Shown here piece by piece: positions 1 through 7,204 of a DNA stretch of 64,000 nt; position 1 is the stretch's first letter, and every line of letters begins with the position of its first letter. A model generated the notes under the pieces. That model did no database searches. It was given only the letters and a program-made list of their open reading frames with translations, and was not told where the DNA came from. Location of the stretch: NCBI GenBank assembly GCA_964612545.1, contig CAZTBU010000007.1, forward strand, positions 248-64,247, written 5' to 3'. Source of the DNA: an uncultured Clostridia bacterium (GTDB lineage: Bacteria; Bacillota; Clostridia; Christensenellales; Borkfalkiaceae). Made by a program: the position numbers and the translations under genes.

Positions 1-620
1 CAGAATAATGTGACCCTTCGGCCATTCCAATCACGTCATGGTGAGCGAAGCCGAACCATCACCGCAGAATAAGGTGACCCTTCGGCTACGCTACTTCGCC
101 CTGCGGGCTCGTGCCGCCCTTAGTCTGCAAAAGAACGTGCGGGCGGGGCAGGGTGACGAAAGCGGTGACCCTTCGACTGCGCTCAGGGTGACGAGATTAG
201 AACGGCAGGGTGACGAATAGAATGCCCGCCATTCCAATTACGTCATGGTGAGCGAAGCCGAACCATCACCGCAGCATAATGTGACCCTTCGGCCGTTCTG
301 AATCCGTCATGGTGAGCGAAGCCGAACCATCACCGCAGAATAAGGTGACCCTTCGACTGCGCTACTTCGCCCTGCGGGCTCGTGCCGCCCTTAGTCTGCA
401 AAAGAACGTGCGGGCGGGGCAGGGTGACGAAAGCGGTGACCCTTCGACTGCGCTCAGGGTGACGAGATTAGAACGTCATGGTGACGGATAGAATGCCCGC
501 CATTCCAATCACGTCATGGTGACGCCGTTCTGAATCCGTCATGGTGAGCTTGCCGAACCATCACCGCAGCATAATGTGACCCTTCGGCGGGCTCAGGGTG
601 CCGAACCATCACCGCACTTC
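1..620. repeat. Mosaic array of short hairpin (REP/BIME-like) units, including a ~271-bp tandem duplication (35-305 / 306-576). The array continues beyond the 5' window edge.
   Basis: Units GTCATGGTGAGCGAAGCCGAACCATCACC at 35-63, 242-270 and 306-334 (variant at 538-565). Opposite-oriented units GGTGACCCTTCGACTGCGCTCAGGGTGAC at 164-192 and 435-463. 85-nt long-loop units at 73-157 and 344-428. Equivalent landmarks recur at a 271-bp offset (35/306, 73/344, 164/435). Confidence 0.9.
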
Positions 621-697
621 TTCACATTCGGTGGAGAAAATTCAATTCGGTTTTATGTAAAAATACATAAAATAAATAAAAAAAAGGAGAAAAGTTT

Positions 698-3600
698 ATG
701 AAAAGAAAATGGCTAATCGGACTGCTTGCTCTGCTGATGGCGATTGCAACGTGCTTCGGCATCGTTGCCTGCGGCGGCGGCGAAGAACAGGCGAGCGACG
801 AGGAAATTGCAAACAAAGCAATTACTCTTCTGAAGTCACTATACGGAGATGGCGAAACCAAGGCCTCTTATAAGGTTCTCGGCCAAACCAAAGTCGACGA
901 CAATGTATACGATGTGACGTGGACGGTATCCTCCGAGACGGAGAATATCGAAGACTACGTCAAGATCGGCACGATGGACGAATCGAAGCAGATCACGATC
1001 GACATTTCTTGGGGCGAGAACGCAATCGAGTACACGCTTACCGCGTCCGTGACGGTCGGCAGTGTCACCAAAACTTTGGACATAAAGCATACGATTCCCG
1101 CACTCGGCACCGTTTATACGCCCTCGCAGGTTCTCGAACTCGGCGCCAAACTCACTCATGCGGAAGGCTCCGAAGAAACCTATTATATGGAGAACGGCGA
1201 AGTAGCGCCTCTTACGGTAAAAGGCTATGTCGTTTATATAGATGATTCGGAGAAGGGCGGTTGGAATTCGGAATACAAGAATCTCAACAGAATCTACATC
1301 GGCGACACGAAGGACACAGCCAAAGAAGAGGCACTCTATGTTTACCGTATTGTCGGCGACGAAGTCTATCTTACCGGCCCCGATTCCATTCAGGTGGGCG
1401 ACCTCGTAACGCTCAACGGCGCGCTCGAGAAATATAAGGATACAATCGAGCTCACCTATTACGAGTCGCTCAGCGTTACCGTACTCGGTATCGAAAAGGC
1501 GGAGCGGACGGACGAAGAGATCCTCGCCGCGGCGCAGAATGCTCTCAAAGTCACTCCCTCTTACTTCAGCCAACCGGGTGAATACTCTCTGCCTGTTCCC
1601 GCAAGCGGCGTCTCTGTCACATGGGAACTCACGGGCGCTGACTCCAATGTGAAAGTCGAAAACGGCAAAATCATCGTATCCGCCATTCCCGATTCCGAAA
1701 CTTCCTATACCCTTAAGGCAACCCTTACTTACGGTAGCGCGGCGGCCGTGACGAAGGAGTTTACCATTAAACTCGGGAAACTTGCCGTGACGCATGCAGG
1801 CACGCAGGAAGATCCTTACACCCCCGCCGAGGCACGCACCATTGCGGCCACTCTTGCAGAAGGGACGTATTACTCCGACGCAAACGGCGTCAAGGCCGTC
1901 TATGTCAAGGGCAAAGTTGTAGATACAGGCTCGTGGAGCGCTGATTTTAATAACTACAATAAAGTTTATATCATTGACGAAAATTCTTACACCACGGACG
2001 CGACGCAGAATTCCGATGACGCGATCCAGATCTACCGTATCGCCAAAACCACAAAGCTCACCGAAGGTTCCCTTCATCACGGCGACACGCTTGTTGTCAA
2101 ATGCGGTATTCAGAATTATTACGGCGAGCCCGAGCTTGGCAGCCCCACGGGTGATAGTAAAGTCAATGCTGCAGATTTCGCGGATTACACTGCCACGGAA
2201 AACCCTGCTCCCGACCCCGACCCTAACCCCGACCCCGACCCTTCGGCCGACTCCGCGACGATCACATTTGACGCGAATAAGACGGGCCGCACGTCTTACT
2301 CCACTGAGGAACAGGTGTGGACGCAAAACGGAATTACTTTCACGAACGGTAAGGGGACTAACACAAACGGCGTTCAGGATTATTCCAACCCCATTCGTTG
2401 TTATAAAAATTCTACCGTCAAAATTGAATTTACTTCCGCCTTCGCAAAGCTTGTGTTCGTTAGCGCGGAGGATTACACCAGCGGTGACAATCCCTCGACG
2501 TATTGCACTTGGTTGAAAGAGAATCTCGAGGCAGTCAGTGGAGTTACCGTAACGGTGAACGGTACGGAAGTCACGGCTGTTTTGGCAACTTCCGCCACGT
2601 CATTTGAATTTACCGCTTCGCAAGGACAAGTACGTTTCTACTCGATCACCGTGTACAAAACAAACGATGGTACGGAGACGCCGGGGGAGCCCCAAACCGA
2701 CGAAGAGAAGATAAAGGCCGCACTCGACTCGTTGAACGATATGGATATTACCACAACGGGGACGACGAATCTCGAAACTTCTTACAACGACGGCGAAGTA
2801 ACCTTCTCTTGGGCAACAGATACCCAATTGTCCGGAGGAATCTTGTTTGAGAACAACGTCATCACCGTCACCGCACTTCCCGAAGCCGATGTCGCGATTG
2901 TATTCACCGTCACGGCTACCCTGGGGGGGGGCGAGACGGCAGCGGTTGAGTTGCAGTCCAATCAAAAGACGGTCACGATCACCGTGAAGTCGGCGTCCAC
3001 CGCAGAGCCCGGCGGTGACACGGCATTCACTGCCATCACCGAGCCTCAGGCAGGAACGGAATACTATATGGGCATGAAGATAGGAGATAATGCATATCAC
3101 TATGTTAATGGTACCTTCACTGATAACGGATTTTACCTGAACACGACGACGGACATTGCAACCGCGAAGAAAGCGTCCCTTACCGCGAGCGGTGACGGTT
3201 GGGTCATCATGATCGACGGAAAATATCTCGAACTTGAGGAAACGACAGGTTCGGATGGTACCGGCAACTTCGCAAATCCTAAGCTTAAAGATTCGCAGAC
3301 AGAAGGCAAAGTATGGACTTGGGATGAGCAATATAAAATCTTCACTTGGGGTGACGCGAAATGGTTCCTCGGTACGAGAAATGACCAAAAGCATGATACA
3401 ATTGGCGGATGTGCTTATAAATATGTAGCTCAGGACTACCTTGCGGTCATCGGTACGTACGCCGCAGAAAAGACGGACCCGCCTGCTCCCGGCCCCGAGG
3501 GGGGGGGCGAGACGAAAGTTAGCGGTTCGTTTACGATAACGCCGGAGCATTCGGGATTGACTTCCTCTTGGGGGCAAGGCAAATGGACGGATATAAACAG

Positions 3601-4078
3601 TGACCCGGCCGGATATACTCTTAGCGGTGTTGCATACGGTACTGCTGTTACTGCTCAGTCTCCGAGCTACATGCAGTTTAATGGCACCAAACCCGGTTCC
3701 TATTTCATGAACACTGTAGCAACCCCTGCTCCGTTAACGAAGATTGAAGTCAAATGTTCAACAAGCTCAAGTAGCGATTTGTACTTGCATTTGTTAACTT
3801 CCACAAGTGCATACCAGCCAAGTGAGAGCGGTGGGAATCCGTCGGATTCGGGGACTGTACATGAGAAGCAAAAAGTGACCGGCGAAGAAAGTACACTAAC
3901 GTGGGAAATAACAGGCGCCGATACATTTTTTGCATTATATTTTGAGGGAAAGAATGCGAAAGTTTTTTCGATAAAGATTACCTATGGAGACGCCGCGGCC
4001 GAAGCCGCAATGGAAGCGCCTGCCATGACGGCATTCACGTCAAACGCAAACGGCGGCCTATTCCGCAAGAAGGATTGA
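698..4078 (+). CDS. Large surface lipoprotein of unknown function with two OB-fold-like modules
   Basis: 1126-aa ORF with an AAAGGAGAAAAG RBS just upstream of the ATG. Lipoprotein signal MKRKWLIGLLALLMAIATCFGIVAC. Two similar modules (KGYVVYIDD...LYVYRI...VTLNGALEKYKDTIEL and KGKVVDTG...IQIYRI...VVKCGIQNYYGEPEL) resemble OB-fold domains of secreted nucleases/adhesins. PDPDPNPDPDP linker. No catalytic motif recognised. Confidence 0.85.
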   Translation: MKRKWLIGLLALLMAIATCFGIVACGGGEEQASDEEIANKAITLLKSLYGDGETKASYKVLGQTKVDDNVYDVTWTVSSETENIEDYVKIGTMDESKQITIDISWGENAIEYTLTASVTVGSVTKTLDIKHTIPALGTVYTPSQVLELGAKLTHAEGSEETYYMENGEVAPLTVKGYVVYIDDSEKGGWNSEYKNLNRIYIGDTKDTAKEEALYVYRIVGDEVYLTGPDSIQVGDLVTLNGALEKYKDTIELTYYESLSVTVLGIEKAERTDEEILAAAQNALKVTPSYFSQPGEYSLPVPASGVSVTWELTGADSNVKVENGKIIVSAIPDSETSYTLKATLTYGSAAAVTKEFTIKLGKLAVTHAGTQEDPYTPAEARTIAATLAEGTYYSDANGVKAVYVKGKVVDTGSWSADFNNYNKVYIIDENSYTTDATQNSDDAIQIYRIAKTTKLTEGSLHHGDTLVVKCGIQNYYGEPELGSPTGDSKVNAADFADYTATENPAPDPDPNPDPDPSADSATITFDANKTGRTSYSTEEQVWTQNGITFTNGKGTNTNGVQDYSNPIRCYKNSTVKIEFTSAFAKLVFVSAEDYTSGDNPSTYCTWLKENLEAVSGVTVTVNGTEVTAVLATSATSFEFTASQGQVRFYSITVYKTNDGTETPGEPQTDEEKIKAALDSLNDMDITTTGTTNLETSYNDGEVTFSWATDTQLSGGILFENNVITVTALPEADVAIVFTVTATLGGGETAAVELQSNQKTVTITVKSASTAEPGGDTAFTAITEPQAGTEYYMGMKIGDNAYHYVNGTFTDNGFYLNTTTDIATAKKASLTASGDGWVIMIDGKYLELEETTGSDGTGNFANPKLKDSQTEGKVWTWDEQYKIFTWGDAKWFLGTRNDQKHDTIGGCAYKYVAQDYLAVIGTYAAEKTDPPAPGPEGGGETKVSGSFTITPEHSGLTSSWGQGKWTDINSDPAGYTLSGVAYGTAVTAQSPSYMQFNGTKPGSYFMNTVATPAPLTKIEVKCSTSSSSDLYLHLLTSTSAYQPSESGGNPSDSGTVHEKQKVTGEESTLTWEITGADTFFALYFEGKNAKVFSIKITYGDAAAEAAMEAPAMTAFTSNANGGLFRKKD
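2923..2931 (+). repeat. G9 homopolymer tract inside the lipoprotein CDS (candidate slipped-strand site)
   Basis: ctGGGGGGGGGcgagacg encodes LGGGET. The same 16-mer GGGGGGGGGCGAGACG recurs at 3499-3514. Confidence 0.9.
3499..3507 (+). repeat. Second G9 homopolymer tract inside the same CDS
   Basis: gaGGGGGGGGGcgagacg encodes EGGGET. Identical 16-mer to 2923-2938. Confidence 0.9.
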
Positions 4079-4100
4079 CAATTGTTTCTCAGGTTCTGAA

Positions 4101-4132
4101 AAACGGCTACCCTTAACGGGGTAGCCGTTTTT
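4101..4132 (+). terminator. Rho-independent terminator of the 698-4078 gene
   Basis: Stem CGGCTACCC (4104-4112) pairs with GGGTAGCCG (4119-4127), followed by TTTTT (4128-4132). Lies 23 nt after the stop codon. Confidence 0.8.
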
Positions 4133-4140
4133 CGTTCTGA

Positions 4141-5151
4141 TCCGTCACCCTGAGCGTAGCCGAAGGGTCACCACTCGTCACCCTGAGCCTGCCGAAGGGC
4201 CACCATAAAAAAATCGTCACCCTGAGCCTGCCGAAGGGTCACCACTCGTCACCCTGAGCCTGCCGAAGGGTCACCTTATTCTGCGGTGATGGTTCGACTT
4301 CGCTCACCATGACATGATTCGGAACGGCCGAAGGGTCACCTTATTCCAATCCGTCACCCTGCCGTCCCAATCCGTCACCCTGAGCTTGCCGAAGGGTCAC
4401 CGCATTCCAATCCGTCACCCTGCCGTCCCAATCCGTCACCCTGCCCCGCCCGCGCGTTCTTTTGCAGACTAAGGGCGGCACGAGCCCGTAGGGCGAAGTA
4501 GCGTAGCCGAAGGGTCACCATAAAAAAATCGTCACCCTGAGCCTGCCGAAGGGTCACCACATTCTAATCCGTCACCCTGCCGTTCTGATCCGTCACCCTG
4601 CCCCGCCCGCACGTTCTTTCGCGGACTAAGGGCGGCACGAGCCCGTAGGGCGAAGTAGCGTAGCCGAAGGGTCACCACTCGTCACCCTGAGCCTGCCGAA
4701 GGGTCACCATAAAAAAATCGTCACCCTGAGCGTAGCCGAAGGGTCACCTTATTATTCTGCGGTGATGGTTCGACTACGCTCACCATGACGTGATTAGGAA
4801 CGGCCGAAGGGTCACCACTCGTCACCCTGCCGTCCCAATCCGTCACCCTGAGCTTGCCGAAGGGTCACCTTATTCTGCGGTGATGGTTCGACTTCGCTCA
4901 CCATGACGATTCAGAATGGCCGAAGGGTCACCGCTCGTCACCCTGAGCCCGCCGAAGGGTCACCTTATTCTGCGGTGATGGTTCGGCTTCGCTCACCATG
5001 ACGGATAACAATGTGATGGTTCGATTTCGCTCACCATGACGGATAACAATGTGATGGTTCGATTTCGCTCACCATGACGTGATTAGAATGGCGGGAAGGA
5101 CCACCATGACATAAAAAAATGTTGTCATGCTGAGCCTGTCGAAGCATCACC
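4141..5151. repeat. ~1-kb mosaic array of hairpin units, inverted relative to the array at 1-620
   Basis: By my count about 20 complete units plus half-units with almost no unique sequence. GTCACCCTGAGC(CTG/GTA/TTG/CCG)(G)CCGAAGGGTCACC at 4144-4172, 4177-4204, 4216-4243, 4248-4275, 4374-4401, 4531-4558, 4681-4708, 4720-4748, 4842-4869 and 4937-4964. (CTGC)GGTGATGGTTCGACTTCGCTCACCATGAC at 4281-4313, 4757-4789, 4875-4907, 4970-5002, 5013-5040 and 5051-5078. Long-loop units at 4435-4519 and 4592-4676. TGC/GCA variant at 5124-5151. Fixed linkers: ACTC, TTATT, ATAAAAAAATC, CATTCCAATCC. Confidence 0.92.
5111..5151 (-). terminator. Possible intrinsic terminator of the GIY-YIG gene, formed by a repeat unit plus a T7 run
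   Basis: On the minus strand the hairpin unit 5151->5124 (GGTGATGCTTCGACAGGCTCAGCATGAC) is followed by AACATTTTTTTAT. It starts 20 nt after the GIY-YIG stop. The same unit+T7 arrangement (linker ATAAAAAAATC on the + strand) recurs at 4205-4215, 4520-4530 and 4709-4719. Confidence 0.45.
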
Positions 5152-5171
5152 TTATGACAAATGAGCGAATT

Positions 5172-5447
5172 TTAATAAGGCATCAAATCTTCCCATTTAG
5201 GATTTAACGTGGCAATGAGAGCGTCTTTTTTTGAACGTCTCCAACCTTTGAGTTGCTTTTCTCTATGGATTGCGGCCTCGATATCATTCCATTCTTCACA
5301 ATACACAAGCTTATGCAATCCATATCGTTTTGAAAAACCATTAAATTCGCCGCTTCTGTGCTCAGACAAGCGGCGTTGTAAATTGTTTGTAACACCAATG
5401 TAAATCACATTGTTATTTGTATCTGTCAATATGTATACGTAGGCCAT
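5172..5447 (-). CDS. GIY-YIG nuclease family protein (UPF0213 / COG2827-like, 91 aa)
   Basis: MAYVYILTDTNNNVIYIGVTNNLQRRLSEHRSG...KLVYCEEWNDIEAAIHREKQLKGWRRSKK carries the GIY..YIG, R, E and N hallmarks of the family. I chose the internal ATG at 5447 because the 38 upstream codons of the tracked ORF (to 5561) are translated repeat units. The gene is visibly AT-rich compared with its surroundings. Confidence 0.85.
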   Translation of the reverse strand: MAYVYILTDTNNNVIYIGVTNNLQRRLSEHRSGEFNGFSKRYGLHKLVYCEEWNDIEAAIHREKQLKGWRRSKKDALIATLNPKWEDLMPY

Positions 5448-5462
5448 AGGATAATTTGAATG

Positions 5463-5797
5463 CTGCGGTGATGGTTCGACTTCGCTCACCATGACGTGAT
5501 TCGGAACGGCCGAAGGGTCACCGCATTCCAATCTCGTCACCCTGCCGTCCCAATCCGTCACCCTGAGCCCGCCGAAGGGTCACCACATTCCAATCCGTCA
5601 CCCTGCCGTCCCAATCCGTCACCCTGAGCCCGCCGAAGGGTCACCATATTCTGCGGTGATGGTTCGGCTTCGCTCACCATGACGGATAACAATGTGATGG
5701 TTCGGCTTCGCTCACCATGACGAATATTGCGGTGATGGTTCGACTTCGCTCACCATGACGGATAACAATGTGATGGTTCGACTTCGCTCACCATGAC
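5463..5797. repeat. Hairpin-unit array upstream of the GIY-YIG gene, in the same orientation as 4141-5151
   Basis: GGTGATGG-type units at 5463-5495, 5651-5683, 5694-5721, 5729-5759 and 5770-5797. GTCACCCTGAGCCCGCCGAAGGGTCACC at 5557-5584 and 5618-5645. Half-units GTCACCCTGCCGTCCCAATCC lie between them. Confidence 0.9.
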
Positions 5798-5811
5798 GAA
5801 GGAGGCGATTC

Positions 5812-6474
5812 TTATACTTTTGTGTCTCTTCTTGCCAAAATTTCGCCGCTTTCGCTGTCTAATAGAAGTGACAGCGTGTCGCCTTCGGTATCAACAATGC
5901 CGATATAGTAGTAATTTTTATCCCGCCGCAACAACCGTACGTGAAATTCTCCCAAAAACGCCCCGCCGCTTGTCATGCGCCCGATACGGTCTTTCTCCGC
6001 CTCCAAGGCAAAACCGAGCGCGTCGGTATATGAGATGGTCTTATCGTTTTTGACGGATGTTGCCGTGATTTCCCGCGTCTCTTTGTCCCACACAACGCGC
6101 AACGAGACGGTATTTTGGGGGAACGCGTTCACGCTTTCCGAGAAGAACCAGTCCCCGCAGGCGTTACGGAAGGAGACTTCTCCGCCCTGTTCGCCCGTTT
6201 CCGTCTTAAAAAACACGCTGAATGTTTCCGCCTTGACGGCAGGGACGAGGGAGATCTCCACGATGTCGCTCCGCGGGCAGGCAACGCCGTCGGCGGCGTA
6301 AGGGTGCTCGCGGGAAACGCAGGAGAGGGTGACGGAGAATTCGTCGGTTTCGGCCATGAAAATATCCGATCTCAGTTCGGAGATATGCGCGGTGTAGTCG
6401 TATTTTTTCCCGCAAGCGGAAAAGAGCAGGGGGGCGCAGAGGACAAGTAAAACCAAAGATATATGTTTTTTCAT
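5812..6474 (-). CDS. Hypothetical lipoprotein (220 aa)
   Basis: ORF with signal/lipobox MKKHISLVLLVLCAPLLFSAC. The C-terminal YYYIGIVDTEGDTLSLLLDSESGEIL is PepSY-like. No other recognisable motif. Confidence 0.7.
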   Translation of the reverse strand: MKKHISLVLLVLCAPLLFSACGKKYDYTAHISELRSDIFMAETDEFSVTLSCVSREHPYAADGVACPRSDIVEISLVPAVKAETFSVFFKTETGEQGGEVSFRNACGDWFFSESVNAFPQNTVSLRVVWDKETREITATSVKNDKTISYTDALGFALEAEKDRIGRMTSGGAFLGEFHVRLLRRDKNYYYIGIVDTEGDTLSLLLDSESGEILARRDTKV

Positions 6475-6580
6475 GTTTTATCCATATGAAAAAAGGGAAA
6501 ACTTCATGACTTTCCGCGCGCATACGGTTGCAATTTTTTTGTGCTTATGATAGAATAAATGAAAAAGAAACGGAGGCGGC

Positions 6581-7192
6581 ATGAAGAAACTCGTTTTAAA
6601 GACGGCGCTCATCACTCTCTGCTCCGCCGTGCTCGCGGGTGCGCTCGTTATTATGATTTTATGCTTTGCCGCGCCAAGGGCAATGATGGAGTTCACGGCC
6701 TCGCTGGGCATGGAGAGTCTTTCGGGAAATTTTGCGTACAGCGAATACGGGCGTTCGGGCGATTTAACCTGCCTTGCGCGTTCCTATCTGATTGCTTTGG
6801 AAGAGGGGGACGACGCGAAGGCTCTGGAGCGCTGGGAGAAACTTTATGCCGATCGGGACGCTTTTTCCGCATACTGCCGTGACGGTAAGCCGGAAACGGA
6901 TGAGCTCCCCGCCTACAGTTACCGCGACTATCTGACGGGCAGTGCGGCGCGGATGAAGTACCGCCTTGCGGGGGACGGCGCGGAAAAGGCGGAAGTTCTG
7001 GACTTTGCCTTTTCGGAGACGGAGAAGTCTTTTCCCGAGGGGAATCCCGTCGTCGCGCTTTCGGCCGAGGCGATCTCGCGGCAGGACAAGGCCTTTGCGG
7101 GCGAAATTTACAGCCGTCTTAATGCGTCGGATTTTGAACAAAATCAGGACTTCATGCGGCTTAAAGAGGCGTTGGAGAACGCCGTTTCGTAG
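6581..7192 (+). CDS. Hypothetical membrane-anchored protein (203 aa)
   Basis: GGAGG RBS 5 nt upstream. One N-terminal TM helix (LITLCSAVLAGALVIMILCFAA) followed by a helical, charged domain. Divergent from the 5812-6474 gene. Confidence 0.7.
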   Translation: MKKLVLKTALITLCSAVLAGALVIMILCFAAPRAMMEFTASLGMESLSGNFAYSEYGRSGDLTCLARSYLIALEEGDDAKALERWEKLYADRDAFSAYCRDGKPETDELPAYSYRDYLTGSAARMKYRLAGDGAEKAEVLDFAFSETEKSFPEGNPVVALSAEAISRQDKAFAGEIYSRLNASDFEQNQDFMRLKEALENAVS

Positions 7193-7204
7193 CCGGCCGG
7201 TCCG

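Noticed and set aside
38-491. Two nearly identical 60-aa ORFs (38-220, 309-491), and the related minus-strand ORF 4375-4560
   Set aside because: They are translations of the hairpin repeat units (VMVSEAEPSPQ, VTLRLRYFALRARAALSLQKN...). Their identity reflects the 271-bp tandem duplication. There is no RBS and the same peptide appears on both strands of the inverted arrays.
620-697. Promoter for the 698-4078 lipoprotein gene
   Set aside because: Only weak candidates exist (TAAAAT at 668-673, TTCACA at 621-626) and their spacing is incompatible, so no call was made.
4281-4313. GGTTCGA motif in the GGTGATGGTTCGACTTCGCTCACC units, resembling a tRNA T-loop
   Set aside because: The flanking bases do not form a 5-bp T-stem and no acceptor, D or anticodon arms can be drawn. 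The motif is part of the repeat scaffold.
5448-5561. N-terminal 38-codon extension of the GIY-YIG ORF
   Set aside because: The extension consists entirely of repeat units. The conserved GIY-YIG domain begins at the internal Met (MAYVYIL), which gives the typical ~90-aa family size.
4141-5797. Possible CRISPR array (many short direct repeats)
   Set aside because: There are no unique spacers of regular length. The sequences between units are themselves a small set of repeated linkers, units occur in both orientations, and there are no cas genes or leader.
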